Assembly (NCBI GenBank): GCA_035945415.1
Contig: DASZAD010000100.1
Coordinates: 1-41,346 of the forward strand
Length of the DNA: 41,346 nt
Direction of reading: 5' to 3'
Source: Streptosporangiaceae bacterium
Lineage (GTDB): Bacteria; Actinomycetota; Actinomycetes; Streptosporangiales; Streptosporangiaceae
In this document: one piece after another, positions 8,132 to 17,878 of the stretch
Position numbering within the stretch: the first letter of the stretch is position 1
Layout of the letters: the number at the start of each line of letters is the position of its first letter
Notes under the pieces: model-generated
What the model was told of the DNA's origin: nothing
Databases searched by the model: none
The model's input: the letters and a program-made list of their open reading frames with translations, nothing else
Made by a program: the position numbers and the translations under genes

Positions 8132-9196
8132 TCAGCTGGCCGGCAGGCCGCCCCGCACGTTCTGGTTCGCTATCTCCCTGGCGGCTTCCAGGTAGGCGAG
8201 CGCGCCGGTGGAACCCGGGTCGTAGGTCATCACCGACTGACCGTAGCTGGGCGCCTCGGAGACCCGGACGCTCCGTGGGATGACGGAGCGGAGGACGACC
8301 CCGCCGAAGTGCGAGCGCACGTCTTCCGCCACCTGGGCGGCCAGCCGGGTCCGGCCGTCGTACATGGTCAGCACGATGGTGGAAACCGAAAGCCTGGCGT
8401 TGAGGTGGCTCTTCACCAGGTCCACCGTGCGCAGCAGTTGCTCCAGTCCCTCCAGGGCGTAGTACTCGCACTGGATGGGGATCAGCACCTCGGCCGCCGC
8501 CACCAGTGAGTTGACCGTGAGCAGGCCCAGCGACGGCGGGCAGTCGATGAAGATGTAGTCGAGCTGGGAGGCGTCGTAGGCGGCGATCGCCCGCGTCAGC
8601 CGTGACTCCCTGGCCACCAGCGGAACGAGTTCGATCTCGGCACCGGCCAGGTCGATGGTCGCGGGCGCGCACTGCAGCCGCGGGATCCCCTCCACCGAGC
8701 GAACGATGTCGGCCAGCGGCTGATCCTCGACGAGGACGTTGTAGACCGAGGGGATTCCCATGTGGTGATCCACGTCGAACGCGGTGGACGCGTTGCCCTG
8801 GGGGTCCAGGTCGATCACGAGGACGTGGGATCCGTGCAGCGCCAGCGCTGCCGCCAGGTTGACCGCGGTGGTGGTCTTGCCGACTCCGCCTTTCTGGTTC
8901 GCGATCGTGATGATGCGGCACTGAGCCGGGCGGGGCCAGGGACGCCCGCTTCCGATCCTGGCTTCGAGGGCCGCTGCGGCCGCCCGGGCGATCGGCGTGT
9001 CGGCGCCGGGTCGCCAGCCGTCCGGCGTGTTCACCGGAGAGGCCGGGCCGGGCGGAAAGGCGGGCGCGCTCTCCCGGCCCACCTGACCCGGTGAGGTTCC
9101 CCCGCGACCAGCCACCCATACCTCCTCGCCCGCACTGGGCCACGATTGCACCGCTCCAGCTCCCATCTGGGACCTCGCCTGGGCCGATGACGCCAT
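8132..9196 (-). CDS. parA: chromosome partitioning ATPase ParA/Soj
   Basis: Deviant Walker [12 protein letters not shown] and the ParA core through the C-terminus. The start is placed at ATG 9196 (354 aa). The same frame stays open to GTG 10162, so the true N-terminus is uncertain (see finding). Confidence 0.85.
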   Translation of the reverse strand: MASSAQARSQMGAGAVQSWPSAGEEVWVAGRGGTSPGQVGRESAPAFPPGPASPVNTPDGWRPGADTPIARAAAAALEARIGSGRPWPRPAQCRIITIANQKGGVGKTTTAVNLAAALALHGSHVLVIDLDPQGNASTAFDVDHHMGIPSVYNVLVEDQPLADIVRSVEGIPRLQCAPATIDLAGAEIELVPLVARESRLTRAIAAYDASQLDYIFIDCPPSLGLLTVNSLVAAAEVLIPIQCEYYALEGLEQLLRTVDLVKSHLNARLSVSTIVLTMYDGRTRLAAQVAEDVRSHFGGVVLRSVIPRSVRVSEAPSYGQSVMTYDPGSTGALAYLEAAREIANQNVRGGLPAS

Positions 9197-9209
9197 CGTT
9201 GCCCGCGCC

Positions 9210-9299
9210 GGTCCGGCACTCGTACCCGGGCCTGGCCCGGCGCTCATACCCGGGCCCGGTCCGGCGCTCTTCCTCGGGCCTGGCCCGCTACCCGTAGCC
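9210..9299. repeat. tandem 24-bp repeat, about 3.7 copies
   Basis: Units at 9210-9233, 9234-9257 and 9258-9281, plus a partial unit (GGYCCGGCRCTC-TNCCYCGGGCCY). In the parA frame this reads GPGxSAGP octapeptides. Confidence 0.85.
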
Positions 9300-9416
9300 T
9301 CAGCCGGCCAGCGACCCGCCGCCTGGACGGGCCGGACATCCGAAGCCTGGCCCGCCCGGTCAGTCGCAGCCAGGCCGTGTCCGGTGGCTCTTCCGTCGCG
9401 CGGATCGCCGCTCCGT

Positions 9417-9512
9417 CGTGCCGGAGGCACACCAGGAACCCGTGCCGGAGGCACGCCAGCAGCCCGTGCCGGAGACGCGCCAGGAACCCGTGCCGGAGAC
9501 GCGCCGGGAGGC
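9417..9512. repeat. tandem 24-bp repeat, 4 copies
   Basis: Units CGTGCCGGAGRCRCRCCAGSARCC at 9417, 9441, 9465 and 9489. They are contiguous with no spacers. Confidence 0.9.
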
Positions 9513-9781
9513 ACCGCCGCCAAGCTCGACCGGACACCGCCCAGGACCGTCGAGGCAGGCTCGGACTGAACCGGGCCGCCCTCGCTGGCATGGACCGGCC
9601 TGGCCTCCGGGACCCGAGCGGGTCCGGCAACCTGAGCCAGCACCGGCCGGCCAGCAGAGGCCCGCGCCGACCTGTTCACCACAGCTTGGGCCGCCACAGC
9701 TTGGGCCGGCCCAGCCTCAGCGGACTGAGTCCCCGCGATCCCGGCGGGCTGGCGAGCGTGCTGCGCGCCATTCTGCGACCG

Positions 9782-9797
9782 CGTTTCACGTGAAACC
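9782..9797. promoter_or_regulatory. parS: parS centromere-like site
   Basis: cGTTTCACGTGAAACc: the perfect 14-bp palindrome at 9783-9796, within the rsmG-parA low-complexity stretch. Confidence 0.9.
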
Positions 9798-10182
9798 GCC
9801 GCGGCCAGCGACTGTCGCAGGCGATGAGGCGAGCCGCCGGCGCCCCCCGGGCTTGCCGGGGGGTCGCCCGCTGTTCCGCTGTCAGAATCCGGGTGCGTTC
9901 GGACGGAAAAGTCCGGCCCAGCCGACCATCCCACGTTCCCTGGCCGCCGGGTCACCAGCGGGGAACTCTCGGGCGGGAGGGCAGAGCGGTCCGGCGAGAC
10001 CTGGACCGGGCGCCAGCGACCGGCATCCCCGGGCCATCCCAGGCCCTGCCGCGAAGCCATGTCCTCGATCCTCTCTGAGCCCGTCCGGCACCGGCCACTC
10101 GTGACGCTACACCGTCGCGATTGCCCGGCCGGAGCACGCACCGTCAACTCGCCGGCCCGCACCGGTTAGGCCCGGCCCACGA

Positions 10183-11175
10183 TCACTTCCTGGCCCTGGT
10201 GCTGCTTCTGCGACGCCTGGATTCCGGCCCGGCCACAGGAAGGGATCCCGTATACCCGCCGGTTCCGGGCGCGATCAGCCTGACCACCGTGGTGGCCGGG
10301 TGGATCCGGCCCGTCCCGGCTGACAGTACCGTGACCTCGGTAACGCCGAGCCGGCGGAGGGCCGGGCCAGCCGCTTTGGCCTCGTGCGCCGCCCGTTCCC
10401 CCTTCAGCGCCAGCACCGTCCCGCCCGGCCGGACGAGACCCAGCGCCAGCGTCGCGAGACGGTCCAGCGGCGCGACCGCCCTGGCCGTCACTACGTCGGC
10501 GGCCAGGTGACCGGTCACCTCCTCGGCACGCCCCCGGTGCACCGTGACGTTGCCCAGCCGCAGGCCGGCTACGCACTCGCCGAGGAATGTCACTCGCCTC
10601 GCCATCGGCTCCAGCAGGGTCACCCGGAGATCGGGCCGCAGTAGAGCCAGCACGATCCCCGGCAGGCCCGCTCCGGACCCGATGTCGATGAGCGAGGCTC
10701 CATGCGGCACCAGTTCGTCCACGACCGCACAGTTCAGCAGGTGCCGCTCCCACAGTCGCCCAGCCTCGCGCGGGCCGATCAGCCCGCGTTCGACCCCGGG
10801 CCCGGCCAGAAGGCGCGCGTACTGCTCGGCGAGGGCGAGCGCCGGGCCGAAGACCTCAGAAGCGGATGGCGGCGGCGCGGGAACCACGGCGGACGACAGC
10901 GTAATTTCCGGCTTCGAGGGCCCGGAACTGCTGACCGGTGATCCAGAATTCGTGGCCGGCGGCCCGGCGCTCGACGAGAGCGACTGTCCCAGCCCAGGCC
11001 CCGGCACCGGCCCTGGTCCCGGTGGAGGCGGAGGCGGAGCCGCCTCCCTGCCCCCAGCCGAGGACAGCCAGGTCGCGACAGGCGTCACGGGGGGGCCAGC
11101 GGGCGCCGCCCGGGCTGGCACCGGCACCGGCACCGGGACCGGCACCGGCCAGCCTGCCTGCGGGGGGAGCATCAT
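10183..11175 (-). CDS. rsmG: 16S rRNA (guanine527-N7)-methyltransferase RsmG with a Pro-rich N-terminal extension
   Basis: Core LWERHLLNC and SAM motif DIGSGAGLPG. The ORF start ATG 11175 overlaps the jag stop (TGATG). An internal GTG at 10887 would give a conventional 234-aa protein. Confidence 0.85.
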   Translation of the reverse strand: MMLPPQAGWPVPVPVPVPVPARAAPAGPPVTPVATWLSSAGGREAAPPPPPPGPGPVPGPGLGQSLSSSAGPPATNSGSPVSSSGPSKPEITLSSAVVPAPPPSASEVFGPALALAEQYARLLAGPGVERGLIGPREAGRLWERHLLNCAVVDELVPHGASLIDIGSGAGLPGIVLALLRPDLRVTLLEPMARRVTFLGECVAGLRLGNVTVHRGRAEEVTGHLAADVVTARAVAPLDRLATLALGLVRPGGTVLALKGERAAHEAKAAGPALRRLGVTEVTVLSAGTGRIHPATTVVRLIAPGTGGYTGSLPVAGPESRRRRSSTRARK

Positions 11176-11897
11176 CAGGCCGGATAGACCACCACGCGAC
11201 GGCCGGGCTCCTCACCCTCGGACTCGCTGCGCAGCCCGGCGGCCGCGACGGCATCGTGCACGATCTTCCGCTCGAAGGCGGTCATGACCGTCAGCCTCTT
11301 GGGCACCCCGCTCTGCTTCACCTCGCCGGCGGCCTCGCTGCCGAGCTCGGTCAGCTCCGCGCGGCGCCGGGCCCGGTAGCCGCCGACGTCGAGCATCAGC
11401 CTGGTGCGGTCGCCGGTCTGGCGCTGCACCGCCAGCCTGGTGAGCTCCTGCAGTGCCTCCAGGACCTCGCCCCGGGGGCCGACGAGCTCGTCCAGCGTCC
11501 CACCGACGACCGATACCAGCGCCCGGTCCGCCTCGACGTCCATGTCGATGTCGCCGTCGAGATCCGCGATGTCGAGCAGGCCTTCCACATAGTCGGCGGC
11601 AATCTCGCCCTCCTGCTCGAGGTCGGCCTGGCTCACCGCGGCACGCCGGTCCCCATCGCCCTGCGACTCGTCCTCGGGCTCATCCGGAACACCTGCGTCC
11701 GGGCCCGTGTCCGCGCCCGTGTCCGCGCCCGGGTCCGCGCCCGCGAAGCCGTCGCCGGCGGGCCGGGGTGGTGCCTCCTGGCCGGACGGCTCGACGGCGA
11801 GCGGATCCCCGTCCGTCGGAGGCCTCAGCAAGCCATCCGCGGCCTGGGATGTCTCATCGACGGGCACCCCGGCCCCGGCGCTATTCCTATGACTCAT
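11175..11897 (-). CDS. jag: Jag/KhpB-type RNA-binding protein (KH + R3H domains) with an acidic N-terminal region
   Basis: C-terminal R3H-like segment ERKIVHDAVAAAGLRSESEGEEPGRRVVV. It occupies the conserved position between yidC and rsmG. ATG start at 11897. Confidence 0.85.
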   Translation of the reverse strand: MSHRNSAGAGVPVDETSQAADGLLRPPTDGDPLAVEPSGQEAPPRPAGDGFAGADPGADTGADTGPDAGVPDEPEDESQGDGDRRAAVSQADLEQEGEIAADYVEGLLDIADLDGDIDMDVEADRALVSVVGGTLDELVGPRGEVLEALQELTRLAVQRQTGDRTRLMLDVGGYRARRRAELTELGSEAAGEVKQSGVPKRLTVMTAFERKIVHDAVAAAGLRSESEGEEPGRRVVVYPA

Positions 11898-12144
11898 CAG
11901 GATCGCGGCGTGGAGGCCCCGCCCTTCTGGCGGGGAAGGAAACGCCGCTCCCTCCCTCCATAATGCGGGTAAATCGAAAATGTCTGCGACGGCAGGGAGG
12001 ATGTCAAGTCACGATCTCCGTTTCCAGCCTTACGCCCAGGGACTACTCGCTATCGCCACGATGAACCGGACTGGCTTCCCGCGAGCGGTCACCGGCGGGT
12101 AGGCCGCCGCAGGCCGCTCGGGCGCGGGATCCTGCCCGGCCTGC

Positions 12145-13260
12145 TCATCGCTTCCCAGTGCGCTTGCTTCGCGACTGTCTCGTCCGCTGCTGCCGGACCA
12201 TCTTGACCTCGGGCGGCTCCGGCTCCGGCTCGGGCTCAGCACGGCCGCGGACCAGCTTGCGCAGCACGCCGCCACCGCCGTTGGATGCTGGCGGCGGTAT
12301 ACCGAGCCCGGCGTTGCCGCCCTTCCCGGCCGGCGCTGGGCGCGCCGCGGCGGGCTGCTTCGCCGCGGGCTTCCCCTGCGCTGACGGCTTCGCGGTGGTC
12401 GCACCCGTTCCCTTGCCGCTGGCCGCGGGCCGCGCCGGAGCGGGCCGCGCGGCACCGGGCTGCGCGGCGCCGGTGCCCGCGGTCGCGGTCGCGGCGTTCA
12501 GCGGAGGGATCTTCTTGAACAGGAAGTACTGCTGGCCAAGCGTCCACAGGTTGGTGGCGAGCCAGTACAGCACCAGGCCGTACTGCCAGTACAGACCGCT
12601 GAGCGCGAACAGCGGGGCGATGTAGGCCATGTACTTCTGCGCGCCCGCCATCGGGTTGCTCTCGTCCAGGCCCGGCGACTGCATCATGCCGCGCTTCATG
12701 CTCTGCCGGACGGTCAGGAACGTCGTCACCGCGCTCAGCAGCACGGTGATGATAATCACGACCTTCACGTGGAGGGCCGGGTGCGTATGCGAGAAGAGGA
12801 ACCGGTCGGCGATCGTGACGCCGAAGATGTGCGCCCGGTTCGCCTGGTCGACGACCGTCTTGGTCAGGCCGTAGCTGTCGTGCCCCAGCGATATCGCGCG
12901 CAGGACGCTGAACAGGGCGAACCAGACCGGAAGCTGGGCGACGAGCGGAAGGCATCCGGAGAGCGGGTTGGCCCCGTTCTCCCGGTACAGCTTCATCATC
13001 TCTTCGTTGAGCTTCTGCTTGTCGCTCTTGTAGCGCTTGCGCAGCTCCTGCACCTGGGGGTTGAGCTGCAGCATCTTCTGCTGCGCGTGCATCTGCTTGA
13101 CGAACAGCGGCAGCAGCAACAGCCGCATCAAGACGACCAGCACGACGATGGTCAGCGCCCAGGTGGCACCGCTCGCCGGGCCCAGTGGCACCGCGAGGAT
13201 CGCGTGGATTCGCATGATCAGCCACGCGACGGCGTCGTACAGCGGGTTGAGGATGCTCAC
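12145..13260 (-). CDS. yidC: membrane protein insertase YidC
   Basis: 371 aa. Motifs LPLFVKQ and NPLSGCLP, multiple TM segments, and a basic Ala/Pro/Lys tail. The GTG start overlaps the yidD stop (GTGA). Confidence 0.92.
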   Translation of the reverse strand: MSILNPLYDAVAWLIMRIHAILAVPLGPASGATWALTIVVLVVLMRLLLLPLFVKQMHAQQKMLQLNPQVQELRKRYKSDKQKLNEEMMKLYRENGANPLSGCLPLVAQLPVWFALFSVLRAISLGHDSYGLTKTVVDQANRAHIFGVTIADRFLFSHTHPALHVKVVIIITVLLSAVTTFLTVRQSMKRGMMQSPGLDESNPMAGAQKYMAYIAPLFALSGLYWQYGLVLYWLATNLWTLGQQYFLFKKIPPLNAATATAGTGAAQPGAARPAPARPAASGKGTGATTAKPSAQGKPAAKQPAAARPAPAGKGGNAGLGIPPPASNGGGGVLRKLVRGRAEPEPEPEPPEVKMVRQQRTRQSRSKRTGKR

Positions 13261-13574
13261 CAGCTAGCTCCTTGCGCTCTCACCGGCCCGGGATGCCCGG
13301 CGCGACGTGGCGGTACCGGGTCATAGCCGCCCGGATGGAACGGATGACACCGGCCGAGCCTGCGCAGGGCCAGCCAGCTTCCCCGCAGCGCACCATACTC
13401 CGCGACCGCCTGGAGCGCGTAGGCACTGCATGATGGCGCGAACCTGCACCGGTCGGGCAGCAGCGGGCTCACGCCCCGCCGGTACCCGCTGACCAGCATG
13501 ATGAGCAGCCGGGCGGCTACCGAGGGCCGGGTGCGGCCTTCCGTAGTCTCGACGCCTGGGTTGTGCATCATCAC
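13257..13574 (-). CDS. yidD: membrane protein insertion efficiency factor YidD
   Basis: [11 protein letters not shown] and [12 protein letters not shown] motifs. The start overlaps the rnpA stop (GTGA). Confidence 0.88.
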   Translation of the reverse strand: MMMHNPGVETTEGRTRPSVAARLLIMLVSGYRRGVSPLLPDRCRFAPSCSAYALQAVAEYGALRGSWLALRRLGRCHPFHPGGYDPVPPRRAGHPGPVRAQGASW

Positions 13575-13936
13575 TGGTGCAGGGTCCCTACCTGCCGCCG
13601 CAGCAAGGTGCCGATTACCAGGTCGAGTTCGGCGGCAAGATCTGCCTGGCGGGCCGCCGCGGCCGGAGGATGGGCGCGGACAACAAGCAGGCTACCTCCC
13701 GGCAGCGAGTCAAGATAACCGCGGGCCAGGTGTCGCAGGCGCCTGCGTACCTTATTTCGCTGAACGGCGCCCCCCACCGCACGGCTTACCACGAACCCTA
13801 TCCGGGGAGACTCGTCCGCCGCGGCCGCGCGGACGATCAAGTGCCCGCTGATCAGGCGCCGCCCGGCCCGGCTTCCCTGGCGAATGGCCGCGGTGAACTC
13901 CGCCCGCTTCCGCATCCGAGCCTGTGCTGGAAGCAT
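13571..13936 (-). CDS. rnpA: ribonuclease P protein component
   Basis: 121 aa and basic. Contains the RNR-like motif [19 protein letters not shown]. Lies downstream of rpmH. Confidence 0.9.
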   Translation of the reverse strand: MLPAQARMRKRAEFTAAIRQGSRAGRRLISGHLIVRAAAADESPRIGFVVSRAVGGAVQRNKVRRRLRHLARGYLDSLPGGSLLVVRAHPPAAAARQADLAAELDLVIGTLLRRQVGTLHQ

Positions 13937-13967
13937 CGGCCATCAGGTCTCGCCCGCCGCGCTCTGG

Positions 13968-14105
13968 TCAGGCGCTGAGCCGCGCGCGCCCCTTGCGGCG
14001 GCGTGCCGCGAGCACCGCGCGTCCCGCGCGCGTCCGCATGCGCAGCCGGAATCCGTGCGTCTTCGCACGATGGCGGTTGTTGGGCTGGAAGGTACGCTTG
14101 CTCAC
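13968..14105 (-). CDS. rpmH: 50S ribosomal protein L34
   Basis: Not in the ORF track because it is shorter than 60 aa. My manual translation of the minus strand gives [45 protein letters not shown] followed by a stop. Confidence 0.95.
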   Translation of the reverse strand: MSKRTFQPNNRHRAKTHGFRLRMRTRAGRAVLAARRRKGRARLSA

Positions 14106-14379
14106 TTCAGGCTCCAGACGCGGTCAATCATGGCGGCCCGGCTCCCCCGCCGCCCCCATGGCCGGTCAACCAGCCTAGGTGCCGCGATCCCGGTGGTCAA
14201 ACCAGCAGGCTCGCCGCTGATCGCGGTCGCTCCTCCGCCACGATGGCCACCGACCCAGCCGCTACCTGCACAAGGACCCGCCCGAGGTCCCTGCCGGACT
14301 TCGCGGCGAGCAGGGCGGAACTCTCCGGTTACCGGAACACTGCCATTTGCCGAACGCGCCGCCGGCCCTGCGCTTAGGC

Positions 14380-14496
14380 TGTGGAGAAACCGTACCCGGC
14401 CTCAGCACGCGGATCCGAGGATCCTGACTGATCTTGTGAAACTACGCAGGGTAATCGGATTCGGGGGCGGGGGAGGCGTGCACAACCTGTGGATAG
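14380..14496. promoter_or_regulatory. DnaA-box-like sites in the dnaA upstream region (putative autoregulation)
   Basis: Compared with TGTGGACAA, the complement of the actinobacterial TTGTCCACA: TGTGGAGAA at 14380-14388 (8/9), CGTGCACAA at 14477-14485 (7/9) and TGTGGATAG at 14488-14496 (7/9). Confidence 0.5.
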
Positions 14497-14531
14497 GCGC
14501 TGGACTGTCAGTGGGGGCGAGGTGAAGAGTC

Positions 14532-16163
14532 GTGAGCGAAACAGACCTCGCCGAGGTATGGGCCCGCTCCCTTGACGACCTGAATGGCATGCACATCGAG
14601 GCACATCAGCGGGCCTGGCTGAAGCTGACCAGGCCGCTTGGTCTGGTAGAGAATACGGCCCTGATCGCTACGCCAAACGAGTTCGTCAAGGAGCAGCTGG
14701 AAACCAGGCTGCGCAGCCTGATCACGCATGCGCTCTCCCGGGAGCTCGGCCGCAGCATCCAGCTCGCGGTCACGGTGGATCCGGCTGCGGATGTCAGAGG
14801 GATGGCGGCCTCGGTCGCACCGCCGGCCGTCCCCGGTCAACAGGCCGGCGCTGGCTCCGCCCCCGGAGATGCCCCCCCGGGTGATCAGCGGCGGCTGGCC
14901 CCCGGGGCTCCTGGCGGGCAGCAACCCGGGGCCCCCGGTCCGGGCACGGCTGGTCACCCGGCCAGCCCCGGCCAGCCAGGCTTCGGCTCACCAGCGCTCG
15001 GCTCACCGGGGCTCAATCCACCGGGCCTCGGCTCACCGGGGCTTGACGCGCGCTCTAAGCCCGGCCACGTAACCGGTCCGGCCTCGGCGGCCGGCGGACC
15101 GGGCCAGCCAGCGCGCGGCCCCGCGGCCGCCAGGCTCAACCCCAAGTACACCTTCGAGACGTTCGTCATCGGCTCCAGCAACCGGTTCGCTCACGCGGCC
15201 GCGGTCGCCGTGGCCGAAGCTCCGGCCAAGGCGTACAACCCGCTGTTCATCTACGGCGACTCCGGCCTCGGCAAGACCCACCTGCTGCACGCCATCGGCC
15301 ACTACGCCCAGAGCTTCTACCAGGGCGTCAAGGTCAGGTACGTGAGCTCGGAGGAGTTCACCAACGACTTCATCAACATGATCAGGGACGGCAAGCAGGA
15401 CGGGTTCCGGCGCCGGTACCGTGACGTGGACGTGCTGCTGGTGGACGACATCCAGTTCCTGGAGAACAAGGAAGGCACGCAGGAGGAGTTCTTCCACACC
15501 TTCAACACCTTGCACAACGCCAGCAAGCAGATCGTGATCTCCAGCGACCGGGCCCCGAAGCGGCTGGTGACGCTGGAGGACCGGCTGCGCAGCCGGTTCG
15601 AGTGGGGCCTGCTCACCGACGTCCAGCCGCCCGAGCTCGAGACCAGGATCGCCATCTTGCGCAAGAAGGCGGTGCAGGAGGGGCTCAACGCGCCGCCCGA
15701 GGTCCTGGAGTACATCGCCAGCCGGATCTCCACCAACATCCGCGAGCTGGAGGGTGCGCTCATCCGGGTGACCGCGTTCGCCAGCCTCAACCGGCAGACG
15801 GTGGACCTGCAGCTCGCCGAAATCGTGCTGAAGGATCTCATCCCCGAGGCCCAAGGCCCGCAGATCACCGCGACAACGATCATGGGCCAGACCGCGTCGT
15901 ATTTCGGGCTGTCCATCGACGACCTGTGCGGCACCTCCCGGTCCCGTGTCCTGGCCACGGCCCGGCAGATCGCGATGTACCTGTGCCGCGAGCTCACCGA
16001 CCTATCGCTGCCAAAAATCGGCCAGCACTTCGGCGGTCGCGATCACACCACCGTAATGTACGCCGATCGCAAGATACGGTCCCTGATGGCCGAGCGCAGG
16101 TCGATCTACAACCAGGTCACCGAGCTGACCAACCGGATCAAGCAGCAGGCCCGGTCGGGTTGA
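14532..16163 (+). CDS. dnaA: chromosomal replication initiator protein DnaA
   Basis: 543 aa. AAA+ Walker [12 protein letters not shown] and the C-terminal DNA-binding signature [11 protein letters not shown]. Has a long Pro/Gly-rich domain II linker. Confidence 0.97.
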   Translation: MSETDLAEVWARSLDDLNGMHIEAHQRAWLKLTRPLGLVENTALIATPNEFVKEQLETRLRSLITHALSRELGRSIQLAVTVDPAADVRGMAASVAPPAVPGQQAGAGSAPGDAPPGDQRRLAPGAPGGQQPGAPGPGTAGHPASPGQPGFGSPALGSPGLNPPGLGSPGLDARSKPGHVTGPASAAGGPGQPARGPAAARLNPKYTFETFVIGSSNRFAHAAAVAVAEAPAKAYNPLFIYGDSGLGKTHLLHAIGHYAQSFYQGVKVRYVSSEEFTNDFINMIRDGKQDGFRRRYRDVDVLLVDDIQFLENKEGTQEEFFHTFNTLHNASKQIVISSDRAPKRLVTLEDRLRSRFEWGLLTDVQPPELETRIAILRKKAVQEGLNAPPEVLEYIASRISTNIRELEGALIRVTAFASLNRQTVDLQLAEIVLKDLIPEAQGPQITATTIMGQTASYFGLSIDDLCGTSRSRVLATARQIAMYLCRELTDLSLPKIGQHFGGRDHTTVMYADRKIRSLMAERRSIYNQVTELTNRIKQQARSG

Positions 16164-16641
16164 GGCCAATCGGATGAACGACAGGAAACGGATGGATGAC
16201 GGCCGCGCTAACCCCAGCAAATCGTTATGGGACCGGCATTTAGCACACAGCCTGTGGACAAGTCTGGGGAAAAGCTAGGGGGAACCGGCGGACAACCCAG
16301 GAAGTATGGGGGAGAAGATGCGGACAATCAAGCGTGACGGCCCGGCGGCTCACCGCCATCCAATGCCACCCCCGCCGCCGCCCACATCATCTGTGGACGC
16401 GGATCAGGGGCTGGCCTGCGGGAACGCCGCTTCTCCCCAGGTTCCACCGGCCCTACTACGACTACGTCCCTATGTTTATCTACCAGCCTCAACCAACAGC
16501 AGGTGCACGCCGTCCCGCACATCACGAGCCGGCGTGCTACCAGCGCCGGGGCGGCAAGCGCGGCATCATTAGGTCGTCGGCAGGGACGTACCCCGGGCCG
16601 GCGGCGACCACACGTACGCGGCGGGCAGGAGGCGGTCTGCG
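16164..16641. other. oriC: candidate oriC (dnaA-dnaN spacer with a DnaA-box cluster)
   Basis: Same-orientation boxes: TGTGGACAA 16253-16261 (9/9), GGCGGACAA 16287-16295 (7/9), TGCGGACAA 16319-16327 (8/9) and TGTGGACGC 16392-16400 (7/9). There is a locally AT-richer patch TATGTTTATCTACC around 16471-16484. The position between dnaA and dnaN is typical for actinobacteria. Confidence 0.7.
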
Positions 16642-17778
16642 GTGAGATTCCAGGTGGAGCGAGACTTGCTGGCCGAGGCCGTGGCGTGGACGGCCCGCGC
16701 CCTGCCCGCTCGCCCGGCGCTTCCGGTGCTGGCCGGCATGCGGCTGCAGGCCGGGACCGGCGGCCCCGGGGTGCTCACTCTTTCCAGCTTCGACTACGAC
16801 GTCTCGGCTCAGGCCAGCCTGCCCGTCACCGTCGAGGAAGAGGGCTCCGTGCTCGTCCCGGGCCGGCTGCTCACGGAGATCACCAAGAGCCTGCCGCCAC
16901 GGCAGGTCGAGGTGCGGGTGGACGGGGCGCGGACCATCGTGACCTGCGGTAGCGCACAGTTCTCCCTGCTCATGCTGCCGGAAGAGGACTACCCGGCACT
17001 GCCCGAGATGCCGCCGTCCATCGGCACCGTGGAAAGCGATGTGTTCGCGACTGCCGTGGCCCAGGTCGCCGCCGCCGCCGGACGGGACGACACGCTGCCC
17101 GCGCTGACCGGCGTCCGGATGGAGATCGAAGGCGACACGCTGACCCTGGTCGCCACCGACAGGTACCGGCTGGCCGTCAGGGAGCTGCGCTGGAAGCCGG
17201 CCCAACCGGACCTGAGCGCCGCCGTGCTGGTCCCCGGCAAGGCGCTGTCGGACACCGCGCGGGCGCTGACCTCCGGCGCCGAGGTGTCGATCGCGCTCGC
17301 GCTGCCCGGTGGGAGCGGCGACGGGATGATCGGGTTCGAGGGCAGCGGCCGCCGCGCCACCACCCGGCTGCTCGGCGGTGAGTTCCCGCGCTACCAGGCG
17401 CTGCTGCCTGAGCACGCGAACGCCACCGCCGAGCTGCCCGCCGGGCTGCTGTCCGAGTCGGTGCGGCGAGTGGCCCTGGTGGCCGAGCGGAACACCCCGG
17501 TCCGGCTCTCGTTCAGCATCGGCCAGCTCCTGCTGGAGGCCGGCACCGGAGACGAGGCCCAGGCGGCGGAGACGCTGGAGGCCAGCTACGAGGGCGAGGA
17601 CATCCAGATCGCGTTCAACCCCCAGTATCTGCTCGACGGGCTGACCGCGATGGACTCGGACACGGTGCGGATCTCGTTCACCGCGCCCGCCAAGCCCGCC
17701 GTGATCACCGGGAAGCCCGAGGCCGACCAGGCGCCGGCCTACCGCTATCTGCTGATGCCGATCAGGCTCAGTGGTTGA
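16642..17778 (+). CDS. dnaN: DNA polymerase III beta sliding clamp
   Basis: 378 aa. N-terminal MRFQVERDLLAEAVAWTAR and C-terminal YLLMPIRL, both typical of DnaN. Confidence 0.95.
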   Translation: MRFQVERDLLAEAVAWTARALPARPALPVLAGMRLQAGTGGPGVLTLSSFDYDVSAQASLPVTVEEEGSVLVPGRLLTEITKSLPPRQVEVRVDGARTIVTCGSAQFSLLMLPEEDYPALPEMPPSIGTVESDVFATAVAQVAAAAGRDDTLPALTGVRMEIEGDTLTLVATDRYRLAVRELRWKPAQPDLSAAVLVPGKALSDTARALTSGAEVSIALALPGGSGDGMIGFEGSGRRATTRLLGGEFPRYQALLPEHANATAELPAGLLSESVRRVALVAERNTPVRLSFSIGQLLLEAGTGDEAQAAETLEASYEGEDIQIAFNPQYLLDGLTAMDSDTVRISFTAPAKPAVITGKPEADQAPAYRYLLMPIRLSG

Positions 17779-17878
17779 CCGGGCTGCGTACTTTACCCGG
17801 TCCGTCCGGCGAGATCGCGGACCGGACCCACGGTCCGCCTCAGGCCGTCCAGCTCCGCAGGGCAGTAGCCTCACAACT

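Noticed and set aside
8049-9143. Upstream extension of the parB ORF to 9143 (698 aa)
   Set aside because: It overlaps the well-supported parA coding region in another frame. The canonical ParB N-terminus ([13 protein letters not shown]) starts right after GTG 8048.
9417-9512. Possible CRISPR array (regular 24-bp repeats)
   Set aside because: The units are contiguous with no spacers, there are only four copies, there are no cas genes, and the period is a multiple of 3. This is a simple tandem repeat.
9418-10104. Plus-strand ORF encoding EPVPE(A/T)RQ repeats (228 aa) as a separate gene between rsmG and parA
   Set aside because: It would be a lone opposite-strand gene inside a tightly co-directional operon. 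It has no SD before its start and contains the parS palindrome. I cannot exclude it, but I treat it as a by-product of the repeat region (see the finding on 9197-10182).
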